DNA of 63,731 bases, filler included, from Hyphochytrium catenoides (lineage: Eukaryota; Protista; Hyphochytriomycota): the NCBI GenBank assembly GCA_900088475.1. It is 9 parts of 9 records of this genome, joined end to end, with 100 filler letters (N's around TTAATTAATTAA, not from the genome) between each part and the next. Parts side by side here need not be neighbours in the genome. Positions count along the whole stretch, not along the records: positions 12,615 to 26,945 come from FLMG01002042.1; 8 more parts are not named here. One strand, given 5' to 3'. Shown piece by piece: positions 13,318 to 27,045 of this stretch. Made by a program: the position numbers and the translations under genes. Each line of letters opens with the position of its first letter. The stretch's first letter is position 1. Under the pieces are notes generated by a model that did no database searches, was not told the origin of the DNA, and saw only the letters and a list, made by a program, of their open reading frames with translations.

Positions 13318-15341
13318 TTAGGTACTGGTTAACTTTTTACCGTCTCTTTCCTTTGTGAGCATGTTGACAATCTCCATCCTTTCATAGCGTTCTGCTAGTT
13401 CGATGGCTGCGTCCATAGAATGGCAATAGTTGGAGTTGTCTAGTTCCGTCATGAGGAACCTGACGATATCCACGTAACCATCCCGAATTGCTACTTTCAT
13501 GGCTTCGTCCATAGACGGATAATAAGAACTGTCTTTCATCTCCTTTGTGAGGAATCTGACCAACTCCAGGTGATTAAACACAGCTGCGTTTGTCATGGCT
13601 TTGTCCATCGACTGGTAATAAGGACGATCTATCGACCCATTGGTGGAGTCCTTCTTGACATTGTCATGCAGCCACTTCACTACCTCCAGATGTCCATTCC
13701 TGGAAGCACTAACTATCAAAGCGCCTGGTGATAACGTCCGCTCCTCTGCGGGGATAAGTTCCAGCAACCTTTGTAGAAGTCGTAGTCTCCCACCAAAGGC
13801 AGCCCCATGAAGAAGCTTATCTTCTCCCAACCCTTCGTTGTCCTTCTTCTTCCGTCCCTTTCTTCTCTTTTTCTTCCCGCTCGCTGTTGCGGTGGTATCG
13901 TCTTCCTCCGTTTCTGTAGGAACAAGGGCAGCTTGCCGCTGTCTTCTTTTTTTCTCCGTGTAGAGTAACAGAACAATGTCATAAAAGCCTTTCTCAGCTG
14001 CGAACTGGAGGGTATAGGGGTCATAGTCCACAAAGCCATGTGCCACAAACCACTCCACCGCTGCAGTCTGACCCCAACTGATCGCCATGAATAGAGCATC
14101 TTGAGTACACGGTGCGCTCCCGGTGGTATGAAGCCATTCAAGTACATGGACAAGACCTTCTCCTGCCGCTATTTCCATTGCATACTTCACAGCATCGAAA
14201 GCCCTTTCCTTCGGTATAAAGCCAGACTCGTAATAGACTCATCTAATGACATCCATAACCTTGCTGCCGACCGCATCTCCCAAGAAGTAGTGGCGCTTTT
14301 TCAGTCGACCATTGTGATTGTCGTGGAGCCATTTCGCCATGCCGATATGCCCGATCCCGAGTGCACAACGAATGGCCTCTTCCACATTACCGCCATAGAG
14401 TGCGCGTCTGGCGAAGAGCCACTTCACCGCATCAAAGTGTCCACCTCTTGCAGCCTCAGACAATGCTGTGCTCATGTAGTCCTTCCTGCCTTTAGGGTAG
14501 TTGCCATACTTGGCTTTGTAGGCCTCCGCATACGTTTCCAGTAGATTGAGTGCCTCCATGTCACCCGCATTAGCTGCCGGTACCACGGCGCACCAAACAC
14601 TATGATTGAAACCCATCACTGAAGTTACCCAGGCTAGCATCTCTGGCGATGGTGCCGGAGGATTGTGCGTTGAAGTTGAACCTCAAGCAAGTCTGGAGTC
14701 GTCATCGAATATATATACTTTGCCATGTCAAGATAACCTTCGGAGCAGCACCTGAAGACGGGAAACGTAAAGCCCTCATCCTCACCACCCAGACGATTAG
14801 CAACAAGATAGCGAACGACATCCATATGCCCGTTTCCGCCCGCCTCGGTCATGGCAAAGTCAGTACAGCCTTCTGTCCGATTATCGTGTAGCCATTTGAC
14901 AACATTCAGATGGCCTTTTGAAGCCGCCCCGTCCATCGCCCACGTCGTGCAGCCCTCATTTCGGTGTTTGTGCAACCATTCCACTACATGCAAGTGACCA
15001 TTATAAGCTGCGCGATCCATTGCCGACGTTGTGCAGCCCTCCGTGCGATTATGATGCAACCATTGCACAAGTTCGAGGTGGCCATTTTCAGCAGCCCGAT
15101 TCATGGCCTTCTCGGAGACAACAAGAGTTCCAGCGTCATGTCGCTCTTTCAGAATGTCCAGTCGGCCGATGGAGGCAAGGTAGTCGCCCTTTATATAAGG
15201 CAAGGGCTCCCCACCACGTACAAAGGATCCGATAGTCTTCAGCAATACAGGCATGGTGACAACACAATAAGCACTACTACTAAAGCCCATAATAGCAGAA
15301 CGATGCTCACCATCGCTGCTTTCTCCTGCCTCCTCAGCCAT
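13318..15341 (-). pseudogene. Ankyrin-repeat protein (oomycete/amoebozoan-type 'MDxAAxNGHLxVVxWLHxxRxEGCT' repeats), disrupted
   Basis: Three consecutive ORFs (15341-14634, 14640-14239, 14190-13318) all carry ankyrin repeats. There is a frame change near 14640-14680 and an in-frame TGA at 14239-14241 (MDVIR*VYYESG). Confidence 0.75.
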
Positions 15342-17060
15342 TATCTAGTGGTTTGTCTTTCTCTTTATACTGCCCGCCGGACAATATCAACACTCTGCAC
15401 GTGAGCTTCAAAAAGAGAGTCTAAGAAGCAGCAGCAGCAGCACCCGCCGCCAACACCACGATGACCATTTTTTGTTGATTGTTCTGGAGGAGCAGCTTCT
15501 GCTGCGACACACGCCGAAGAAGATAAAGAGTAAGCCCTACTAGGCCTTACGATGATTGATGGGAACTTTGCTTTATCAAAACATATAAAGAGAACGAGCA
15601 ACAAACAAGGTCAATCTGAAGCCTCTGCTGGTCGGTGGAAGTGAATGAGAGGGCTTGGGCTGCCTAGGTAGGTACCAAGGCCAAAAAGGAGCTGACTATC
15701 TTCAGAAGACCACCCTCCATACAGAAACAGTACGAAGTGATGACAGAAGTCTTTTGGTCCTTTTTGGCTATTATAAACTTCAGAACCAGAAGGAGGACAA
15801 CAAGAGGAAGAAGAAGAAGGAGGAGGAGTTGGAAAAAAGGGGAAGAAGAAGAAGGGACAACAAACAAGAAGAACTACAAGGCTTTGGCATCTTCATCAAC
15901 TCTCTCTTCTCCATCAGCGAGCGCTACCAGCAAAGGAAGACTCATAGTTGAAAAGTCCTAAGCAATAACAGGAGGAGAAGGAGGGGAAGAAGATAATGAA
16001 GCGCCGAGACAACCGTCACGGTTGACAAGGAGGCAAGTGAGAGAAGGGGTCCAATGAAGAATGGCGACAGAGACTCCGGTATGAACGCACAGAGGAGCGA
16101 TAGCAACTAGGGACTGGTGATGAGGATCATGCATCATGACACGGGGAAGTATCAAAGTGAAGAGCAAACCACATTGTTGAAGCTTCAACAAGCTGCTGTA
16201 CACAACAGTCCACCAGGACGCGCGGCATAGCGCCTCCCAACAAAGACTCCCAAACTATCGGGAGAGACGGCAGCTCCACAGCCCTATCAGCGAGCCTCAT
16301 CATTAACATTCGGAGCTTGTGCTTCCATTGGTAAACTTCATGACCGGTCGCTTTGTTGGGCAAGCATTTAGCGATCGTGGTCAGTTAGTTTGAGGAGAAG
16401 GATATAGTCCATGTGCAGGGAATCCCTAGAGTGTGATAAACATTCATGGGTCTAACATCTTCTTACTCCTCCTAGGACTAGAGCTACTCTTATCATTGAG
16501 TATAGAGAAGCGACTATTTGTGCCGTTAAGCCTCAGAACAAGAGCCGACAGGAAAGGCACGCAACTCTAGTTGAGGCCCTTTGCTCTCTTGTTTCGTCCT
16601 TCTTGATGACTCAAGAGGCAATGGGTCTTCCCATGAACTAGCTAGGCGAGGAGATCTCCAGCAGTTAGCTGGTGCCTCGCCCTGCCGAGGTAGGTATATT
16701 ATGCTCAATAAAGTTAACATTAAAGGCTGCGACCGAGGGAGGATTGCTTGAGTCATTCTCTGACTGCGCCGCCAGTTCATCTCCCCACAGCTGATGCCAT
16801 TCGAAGGCGGCTCTGCTCTCTGCGGTGTCCTCTCAAACATGACTATTGGTGAGTGAAGGACCGAGCGATTTAATGGTCTTTGAAGAGCTTGGAAGGACCT
16901 TTTAGACACTTCCCGGCCTCTCTTCTTGATTTTCCGGGCCGTGACAACGTGCGAGGCCGGGGAATGATAGTAGAAGGCAGAAAAAGGCTGGTACAAGGAA
17001 GCAAACAAGGAAAAACTATGGCGCTATCTATGCGTTAGACGGAGAAGAAGGCGGCCGCAA

Positions 17061-20000
17061 TTAGAGCAACTCGGGAGTGTTTATCTTGGTCCCGAGAGAG
17101 AAGAATGCAGCTGGATCTCCTTCTTCAGTCTTGTCTTTTTCTTCTCCTCTCTCTCCTTCTCGAGGGTTAGGCAAGGGTCCTACTTCTAGCTCGTGCAGCT
17201 CTTCTTCTAGTGACTCTTGCCTCTTGCCCTCGATAAGAACTGAGCGCTCTTCTTCGGTAGCGAAGAGGGGAAGAGAGAGGAGACTGTCATCTTTTTCCAT
17301 CAGTCTTTCGAGTGATCTCTCCTCCCCTTCTCCCTCTTCCCCTGGTGGTCTTTCTCCTTCTTCTCTCAAGAGTGACATCATCGGATCGAGCTTGGCGATT
17401 CCATCGTTCTCTTCTTCTTCCTTCCAGGCCTGAGACCAAGCCGCAATGAGCTTTTCGTCTTCCTCGTCATTCTGCTTTCCGTCTTCTAGGAGGGACGGCG
17501 AGCGAGGGAGGGAAAGAGGTAGAGATGGAGAAGAGAGAGCAGACGCAAGAGGAGTGGAAGGCAAAGTGGAAGAAGAAGCCGGCTTCCTTTCCTCTTTTCG
17601 CTCTCTCTCTTCTTCTTTAAGAGCCTCCGCATCTCTTTCACGATCCAAAGCTTTGTCTTCCTCTTCAACTTTAAGCTTCTCTTCATCAGCAATTCCTTCT
17701 TGCTTTGCCTGGAGTGCCGGAGATTGTGGAGGTGAAGGGCTTGGCGAGAGAGAGAAGTTTGGAAGAGAGAGAGCATCAAGCGCCGTCGCTCCAGCGCCTG
17801 GCTGCTGCCAGGGAGCGGGAGGGAAACCTTGGGATATCTCAGTGGTGTTATTCCCGCCTTGTCCGCCTCTTTGGGCATTGGCTGAACGCCGAACCTGCTG
17901 TGGAAGCCCAGCATGAAAAGAGAGAGCAAGACAGGGTGAGTGAGTGGGCGACGCAATGAGCGGATGTGTTTTGAGGAAGTGACACAGAGAAAGCTTGACC
18001 TTTTCCCATGCGTAACAAGGCTTTGAGCAGAAGAGATCTCAGAGGAAAAGCCGTTTTTCTTAAGACGGAACCGCAGTGGAGAAGAGGATAGAAAAAGACG
18101 AAGAAGAGGCAATATGTTCACCTGGTAGCCCCTGTACTGCGACTGGATTCTCACTGCCGCCTTGGGATCAAAAGGGACGAACTGTGGCGCGGGAGAAGAG
18201 ATAGATTGTCCTTGTGGTGGGGGCGGCGTTGACGGCGGACGAGGTGTAGACGAGGTAGGAGGAGGACGGCCAGAGGGAGGAGGAGGCTTGGCTTGTCCCG
18301 GAGAGTCCACCCTTCGTAGAACGATGATCGGGTCTCCATTAGCACCTGCAGGACAAGGAGATCGAAGAGGTTGAGGCCAAGGTCCAAAGATATGTATTGT
18401 TGAAAGAAGTGATCAATGAAGTCTTTATGTAAACCTTGGCACGAGAAGACGTAGCAAGAAAGACAGACGTTGAAAGGACTAGCGGCAGCCAGAATGTGGA
18501 TAGGGGAGAAAAGGAAGAGAGAGGGAGAGACAGACACCAGAGAGCTCGCCTGGCTATAGTAGAAGAGAAAATGAGAGTGTCCTTGAGTGACCTGTGGCCA
18601 TGCGCATGGAAGCTATCGGAGGCGGAACTCCTGGGACAGTGAACGGCCTCCCTTCGTTGATGGACTTGCGAGTCTATGGAGGTAGATTCATTGAGTGATG
18701 CATAGCAAAACAGACAGAGAGAGAGACACATACAATAGGTCAAATACTAAGCGCACGAGGTGAGGAGATCGCACGTTGAAAAGTGGAGAGGAGAGAAAAG
18801 TGGTGCCACGCAACAACCCAACGCTTTCTTTGCGTCTCCTTACAGAGTATCCCCGATAACGTGCTTGAATGGCCACTGCAGCTTTGGAAGGATCTGGGGC
18901 TGTCCATGCGCGGGAAGGTTGAGATAAGACAGCGCCTCGCTTCTCCTCTTCCCCTTCGCTTACTAGTCTTTCCTCATCTTTTTCTCTATGACTGGGCGAA
19001 AACGCACTGTAACCTCCCGGCAGCTGGCCTGCAGCTGAGAAAGAGAGAGAGAGAAGAGGAGAGAACGAGTACAACCAGAATCCTAAGTAGGGCATAGGGA
19101 ATCCAAGGACCACGACTTCACTCTACCTGCGGTAAACTGTCCGATCGACGCAGGATCAAACCCCAGAAGAAGAGAGAAAGAGGAGAGAGAGGCGGAGAGA
19201 GAGAGAGACAGAAAGAGAGCAGAAAGAGAGACACAACAAAGGGAGAGAGATACGGCGTTATCCTCTCAGGTCTGAAGAAGGTGGTAGTAGGTGGGAGAGC
19301 AAGAAAAGCAGGCAATAAAGCAACAAGGCCTGACGAAGGTAGTAGCCACCGGTCTATCAGGAGGACAGAGACAAAGGAGCAGGGAAAGGGCCGACGGAGA
19401 GAGAATAAAGAAAAGGTATTCTTAAGTAGAGAGACAGAGTTGATGCTGGCAGGAAAATCCTAGCATTCAAAAAAAATGAGAGAAGAGAGGCTTCACCTGC
19501 GGTTGCAGCGTAGGGAAGAAAGAGACTAAAGGTACAGCGCCTTCTATGTCAGACTGCAGCGTGCCACTGGAGCTCTGGACAGGCAACTGTCCAAACGGGA
19601 ACGGCAGCGGGACTGCGAGGGGAGAGGGAAAGAAAAACAGACGAGAGAGAGAAGTGAAAGACAGGCATTAGGCAGAGGACTCAACTTCAAGTGAGAGAAC
19701 TAAGATAGGAGGAGAGACAGGCAAGGGGAAGGAGAGGAGAAAGAAGACGAAGGTTGCTAGGGAGTTGTAAGGGGACAGACACGTCACCTCCAAACGGAAA
19801 AGGGATGGCGGAAGAGAGAGGGGCCATTGCCAGCGTCTTCTCTTCTTCCTTCTTTCTCTTAGAGGTTAACTCTTCTTCGACCAACCGCTGCTCCAAGAGG
19901 AGGAAAGGACGTTTGGAGTCAGGAGAAGTGAACCAACAAGAAGGAAGGAGCAGAACCTAGAGAAAAGACATAGTTCCGGGATAAGAAGGGCAGACTGAGG

Positions 20001-20456
20001 GAAGAGAGAGAGAGTGGGATACAGAGATTAAGAGAAGCCGAGACTGAGTGCATAATAAGAATTGAGGAGACATAGGAGCTATGTATGAGACAGAGAAAGA
20101 GAGAAAGAGTAACGCACCGCCACGAGCCTATCCACCGCAGGCTTGTTCTCCATGTATCTCACGGCCTCTAGCGCTTCCTGCTCTAAATAACGTTCGAGGA
20201 CTGTGCCAAACTGTAACCACGAGACAGAGAGAGGGAGAGGAGAAAGCACAGAGAGAGGGAGAGAGAAGAGAAGGCACAGAGAGGGAACGGGAGAATTACA
20301 GAGGAGAGGAGAGACGGGAACGAAGGGGAACATGAAGTAAGCCTGTCAGTGATTCAAAGGAGGACCACTGAGCTAGTACTTCAGCTCTTTAGAGACTCAT
20401 GCAATGAATGAGTCTCCATGGGTTTTCTCACACTCTCTCTCCTCTCTCTTGTTCTG

Positions 20457-20502
<46 letters not shown>

Positions 20503-23021
20503 TTGTCTCTCACCTGTATTGCAAAGAGCTGGAGGGCTTCCCTCAGTGCCTCACTACTATGACTGGGAAAGCTGCAAGCCAACTGGCGAGCTCGAGGAGT
20601 GTGGACTACCTGGGAGAGGGAGAGAGGGGAGAGAGAGGAGAGAGAGAGAGAGTGTATGTGTGTGTGTTGTGTTGTGTGTGTGAGAGAGAGAGAGAGTGAA
20701 ATAGTAAGCACAAGATTGACCTCGTGATGAAGGGAAAGGAGGGGGGGGGGCTCTGTTGCCATTATGGATGCCAACGCAAACTCACAGGATGGTGGAAATT
20801 CATACCTGATAGAAAGGCACACGCACGCACACACAGAGAGAGAGAGAGAGGGAGAGAGAGAGAGAGTGAACAAAGAGAGAGAGAGAGAGAGAGATAAAGA
20901 GAAAACACTGGGAGAAGCACGAGAGAAGAAAGAGGAGAGATTTAGAAACGGAAAGAGGAATGGAATGAGAGGATAGAGAAGGAGAGGACAAAGAGAGAAA
21001 GAAGAGAAACAGGGACAGACCTCAATAACAGCAATAATCTCCCCATTGGCGCCTCTGACCGGAAGAACAAGCAGCCTTGTTCCTTCTCCCTCACCCGTGA
21101 TGTCGACAATGTCGTTAAAATAAGGGTGTTTCCCTCCTCCTTCCTCTTCTATCGCTTGTCCCTCTCGGATCACGAGCCCTGGAAGGCGCATTTAGGCAAA
21201 TAACAAAATTAGAGAAAGAGAGAAAAGAGAGAGAGAGAGAGAGAGAGAGTTAGAGAGTATATAAAGAGTCCACTTCTTCCTGACATTCACGGGCTGCGGA
21301 CAAAAGTTCTCGTCGTCTCCTTTACAACCTTGTTTCTCCTTTCCCGTCTCTGTGCTCGGCTCTCTCCTTCCTCCTCATCCCTCCATCCCTTTCCCCGCTT
21401 TCTCTTTCTGTGTCTGTCTTCTTCTTCTCTATCCTTAGAGTAGCAACGGAATCCTCCCTCTTCTCTCTCAAATTGCAGTGGAAGAGGTTCTATTCTCTAT
21501 TTTCTTCTTCTCTCCTTGGTCATTCTCTCCTCTCCTCTTTCTCTTCTTATCTCTTGTCCGTCTCCCCGCCTCACCACAGAGTCCAGCGTTTGTATGATGA
21601 AGAGCCTTTTGATAAGGAGGAAGAGGAGAAGGTCCGTCTCCTCCCTCCAGGTCACTCGGTACCGCCCACCAGACAGACTTCCGGTCAGCAGTCACCACTA
21701 GAATCTAAGACCCAAGAGAGAGGAGAGAGAGAGAGGAGAGAGGAGAAAGAGAGAAAAAGGGAGAGAAGGAAGAAGAGGGAGAGAAGAGAAGAGAAGGAAG
21801 AGAAAGACCGATAAAAATGGGAGCAGAGAGAGGCTGGCCGTTAGTGGACAGAACTCCTGCCAATGATGCGAGACGAGGAAAGAGACATTGGAAGAGCAAC
21901 GAGAAAGAAGAGGCTGCCAGCACTCTTGCTTGTCTACGTCTACCTCTCTCACTCCCTTTCTGTCTCTCTTTTTTTTTCTCCTCTTTCTTCCTCTCTCTTT
22001 CTCTCTCTCTCTCTCTCTCTTACTCCCTCTGTGTGCACACACACTCCCTTCTCTTCTCTCTCTCTCTCTCTCTCTGTGTTTCTGTCACTTTCCCCTCGAT
22101 CTCTCCACTAATATCTTCTCCTCTTCTCTCTCCCGTTTTCTACCCCTCCTTTGTGGTAGGACACATACTTTGGCGTGAGTGCATCTGAGATTAGCCAGAA
22201 GAAAGTCCTCTGCCGCCTTGACGAGGCTGCACAGGTCGGCGCTGGCTCCGGAGTAGTGAGTCTTTCTCTTTCTTCTCTCTCCTCTCTCTCCCGTCCTCTC
22301 CTTTGCTGCTGTTTCCAGCTCTTCTACCTTCCCTTCTCTTTCCTTCTCTCGATCTTCCTCTTCTGATGGCTCTCTTCCTCCGTGGGCTTGTGCAGCAGAA
22401 GCCAGCGTTTGAGGAAGGTCAAAGAGCTCAAGAATTGCTCGGCGAAGATTGAAGATCCGCTGGCCAACCTGGGAGAATTGAAAGACAAGAGAAAGCAGAA
22501 GTAAAGAGCAAAAGCGTCACAGCAGAGAGAGTGAAGCATGAGGACGGCTGTGGAGGGTACGACGCCTGGCCAGAATGTATGTTGAGAAGGATAGAAAGAA
22601 ATAGGGAGAGGAAGAGGAGAAGAGACAACAAGGACGACACGGAGAGAGAGAAAGGCGGAGAGAGAGAGACAGGGAGAGAGAAAGACCGAGAGTGATGACG
22701 CGGGCGAAGGAAAAGGGTTGACAAAGACTTAAAAAGGGGAGGAAAGGAAGCAGCAAGACAGAACGAGGAAAGCAAGAGAACTTGGGCGAGACAAACAGAG
22801 AGAGAAGACAGAAAGAAAGAGAAGTCGTCAGACAGAGAGAGAGGTAGGTTTCTGCAATGGGAGCGGCTTTGATTCACCTTCTCACCCAGCGCCACCATCG
22901 CCACCCAGAGGCTACCGAAAGCCATCACCCGCTCATCTGAGTCCGAGAACCCATTGGCTGCATAAGAATTAAGTGCCTGATGGGAAGACACAGCGANNNN
23001 NNNNNNNNNNNNNNNNNNNNN

Positions 23022-23054
<33 letters not shown>

Positions 23055-23600
23055 GGGTGGGGAGAGCAGCAGCAAATTGCAGGGAGAAAGAACGAAGTCG
23101 CAGGGAAGTCAGAAGTGCGGACAGCCACGTGAGAACTAATTGGAGACAGCGAGTGGGCTGAAAGGAAGAGGCAGAAGAGGTACCGAGGGCAGCCGCTTAG
23201 GCCAGAAGATGTCGTAGGAATCCCGTCTCTCTCCTTCTCACTCCCTCCCGTAGAACATGTCTCTCCGCACTTTTCTCTATTGCTACTCTCTCTCTCTCTC
23301 TCTCTCTGCGCCTCTCTCTCTCTCTGTTTTTCTTTCTCTCTCTTGTACATCTTGCCTCTCTCGTCCTTCCGCTTCTCACCTGGATCACAGCCACGCACTC
23401 TCTCTCTTCGCCTGTTAAGACTGGGTAAGAAAGAAGAGAGGTAGGCACTTGACATTCCCTAATAATATCTATGGAGCTATCAAACTTTGCCTCTTCTCCC
23501 ATATTCTTGACTCTCAAAGTTTTTTTTGAAGAAAAGACAGAGCCTACAAGACCCTGAGAGAAGGAGGAGCGAGGAGGGATCCGCGTCTTGTGGGCATCCT

Positions 23601-23639
<39 letters not shown>

Positions 23640-23758
23640 AAACGCCGAGACGCCGTACGTAAAGTGAAGGAGCGTGAAGAAGAGGAGGAGAAATGACGAA
23701 GAAAGAGCGAGAAAGAGGGAGGAGGAGGGAAGCACAAAAAGTGGAGGCGGGGAAGATC

Positions 23759-23806
<48 letters not shown>

Positions 23807-26044
23807 TGTGGGAGATATACTACAACGCTCTCTTTCTTCCTCTTCCCTTCCCCCTACCTTTGCTTGAATACTTTCCCCTTTCTCTCACCTCCTCTCACGA
23901 TCTTTTGACTCTCTCTTATTTATGTCCACGCCCACAGAAACGCTTCTCTCGCTCTTCTTCTGTCTCTCTTTTCCCTCGCTCTATCACTGTCACTGTCTCT
24001 GCTCTTTTTCTCTTTCTTCCTTTCCTTACCAAGTGGTTCTGTCGGATCAACTGTTTTGCTATTGGATCCACAGTAAAGATGAGTACAAAGTCACAGCGCA
24101 GCGCGCGCTGCAGCAATTTCCCAAGGCTGGAAAGACACGAGAGAGAGAGAAGGAAGATCCGGGGGAAGGGAGTCAATCNNNNNNNNNNNNNNNNNNNNCG
24201 AGAGAAAAGACTCACCGCACAAAGAGCTCTCCAGGGTCGGAGCTCACGGGAAAGTCTCTGCAGAAGTCCACAAGAGAGAAAAGACGCGATTGAAGCTCAA
24301 ACTCGACAGAGTTCCTCCTTCGCCCTCCGACGCCAACACCACCAGTAGCTCCTCCTCTCTCTCCTGCACCCTTGTCTCCTGTCCCCTTTCTTTCTCCTGG
24401 AGTTGTGGCCCTCTCGCCAGTCTTTCCTTCTCCGTCTTTTGCTGTTTTCTTCTCTCCCTCTCCACTGGTTCTTCTTCCTTCTTCAGAAGAGGAGGACGTG
24501 CTGGCTCTCTCTTCTCCCTTTATACCTCCTCCCTCCGTCCCCGGTCTTCCTTTTTCCGTGCTGGGGATCCTAGAAGGGGGAGGAGGAGAGGAGGAGAGAG
24601 GAGAAGGTAAAGAAGAGAGAAGAGGTCTCCTAGGCAGAAGAGATCTTGAGCTATCTCTCTGTGAACTGCAGAGATCTAACTCTTCTTCCTTCGCTTCTAA
24701 CTCATTCTGAAGCCTCTGATGAAGATGGTAAAGGATCAAAAGAGAAGAGTTAAGCGATGGGCACGGGAGCGGGTAAGCGTGGCCGCGAGAGAAAGATTGA
24801 GAGAGACAGAGAGAGAGACAAAGAGACAAAGAAACAGAGAGACAGATACAAAGGTCGAAAGGAGGGATGAGGAGATAGAGAGAGAGGCCGTAAAGGGATA
24901 ACGAAAAGCAGCAGAGGGAACGAGAAGAGGAGGCAAGTGCAAAGGATAGAAGAGAGCTAGGGCAGAAAGTGCGCGTGAGAGAGAAGGAGAGACTTCAGAA
25001 AAAAAAAAGAAGGTCCAAGAGAGAGAAGAGGTGCACCTCAATGGTCCTCGTGAAGTCTTTCCTCTCCTCAAGAAGAATGCCAAGGGCTTTCCTAGTTTCT
25101 TTTAGCGCTCCGTTGAGATCTGTGCCTCCCGATTCTCTCTCTCTCTCTCCTAAAGAGGAGGAAGACTGGAGGAGAAGTTGAAAGGCTTCCGATAGCTTAG
25201 AGAACCGAGAAGACAATTTCTTTATCATGTCCCTTTGTCGTTCTATCATTTTGGCATTCTCTCTCGCCTCTCTCTCCGCCTCTGCTCTACCTTGTCCCTC
25301 TCTCTCTTCGTCCTTTGAGAGAGAGGAGACTCTTCTTTCCAGTTCTAGGTTCCTTTTCTGGAGCTCTGCATTAGCTCGAGAGAGCTGCAGGATCTTCTTC
25401 TCCAGCAGGTGAGAGCGGTTCTCTTTCTCTTGCAGCTGTCGGGTCATCGCTCTAAGGAAGCTTCCTCTGGTGCCCTCTTCCTCGCCCGCTTCTCTCTCTT
25501 CCCGGGTCTTTCCTCCTACTCCTTTCCTTTCTCTCTCTTTCTCTTCTGCTCCATTCTTGTTTCTCTTCTTTCGTTTGTCGATTTTCTGTCTCTTCCAGCC
25601 TTTGAGCTCTGGAAAGGATGGCCGCTGAGAGGTGTCATGAAGCTTTAAGTCTCTACTGGTAGGGGAAGGCGAGCGGAGTGCCTAAAAAAGAGCAAGAACG
25701 GAGGCCGTGTAAGAAAGGAAGAGAAAGAGCAACAACAGGAGTCGAGCCAGAAGAGAGCAAGAAAGAAAGAAAAGAAAGAGAAAAAGAGAAGTAAGAGAGA
25801 AAAAGAGTGTTTAGAGCAGTTAGTCGGCAAGCAAGTAGTCGTGAGGAGGAAGACAAGAGCGTGTGAAAGAGAGACATGAGATTAAGTCGGCAGAGAAGAA
25901 GAAAAGATTGCTTTGAACGAATGTGCCCCGCTCTCTCCCTCTTCCACTGGTACCTTGCTGGAACTCTCTCCCTCTCTTCCTGACTCTCTCTTGGTGTTTC
26001 ACTCTCTCATAATCTCCCCTCTTGCCTACATAGCTCCTCTCCTT

Positions 26045-26110
<66 letters not shown>

Positions 26111-26444
26111 CACTCTCTCTGCCAAAAAAAGCTAGGACAGGCCTCCGCTCTATCCGCTTCTCTGGCAAGTTACTCTGTCTTTTTACCTGCAAAGTGTGAT
26201 CTTCTTCTCCTCTTTCATCCTCTTGCTTTTCTTCTTCGACCTTCCTCTCCGTCTCTTCTCCTCCCTTCTCTCTCTCTTCTTCTTCTAGAGGGAGATCCTT
26301 CAGCGGGCCTGAGGGCTCTGAGGAGGGAAGGAGGGAGTTTTTCCGATTCTCTCTCATTCTCTTCGAGACGACAATCATGCCGTTCATTGGAGAAGAGCGA
26401 GTCTTCCATGACTCCGCTCCTCCCTCTTCTTGCTGACTGGTCAT
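17061..26444 (-). CDS. Coiled-coil + tandem GAF-domain + two IQ-motif protein (many exons, 5' end uncertain)
   Basis: Spliced exons give GAF-like motifs (QGLVGSVFSSKKTLRVKNMGEEAKFDSSIDIIRECQVPTSLLSYPV...VAVIQ|ALNS...GFSDSDE, and AGLCG|LVIREGQAI...HPYFNDIVD...LLVLPVRGANGEIIAVIEV). IQ motifs are AAVAIQARYRGYS (~18850) and AAVRIQSQYRGYQ (~18140). Coiled coil at 24995-25447. Confidence 0.7.
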
Positions 26445-26480
26445 ATGGTCCCCTCTCTCTCTCCTCTTTCTCTCTCTCTC

Positions 26481-26518
<38 letters not shown>

Positions 26519-26945
26519 ATCTATCGATTTTCTCTTTCTGTCCCCACGTCGCTGTCCACTAGCTTCTTTCCACTGGCAACCTTCTCTTATCTTCTTCTGC
26601 TGCTCCCCGGCTTGATTATCTCGCAGATCTCTAGAATAATAGAGCCAGGCGAAGAAGAGGATCCTGACGGGGCAGAGATAGGGAAGAAGGAAAAGCACAG
26701 AGATACTGCGTAGCCGTCGCAGAAGCAGCGGGCAGAAGAAGAAGAGAGAGAGAGAGATGACTAAGGAAGAAGGTGATGACCAGACCGCCAGTTCTGCTTG
26801 AGAAAGAAGATGCATCACCCTGCTGCCGAGACAAAAGCAGAGGAAGGTAATAAGGATGATGAGGTATTATCAGGAGCAGCTAGAGTAAGCAAAGGACGAC
26901 CAAGAGAGAGAGAGAAAAAGAGAGAGAGGAAAAGAGAGAGAGAGA

Positions 26946-27045
26946 NNNNNNNNNNNNNNNNNNNNNNNNNNNNNNNNNNNNNNNNNNNNTTAATTAATTA
27001 ANNNNNNNNNNNNNNNNNNNNNNNNNNNNNNNNNNNNNNNNNNNN
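26946..27045. other. Artificial contig linker
   Basis: TTAATTAATTAA at 26990-27001 between N runs. Confidence 0.97.

Noticed and set aside
14239-14241. Genome-wide UGA=Trp alternative genetic code
   Set aside because: TGA terminates the MFS (46738) and CDIN1 (50018) genes, Trp is TGG elsewhere, and this is the only such case seen.
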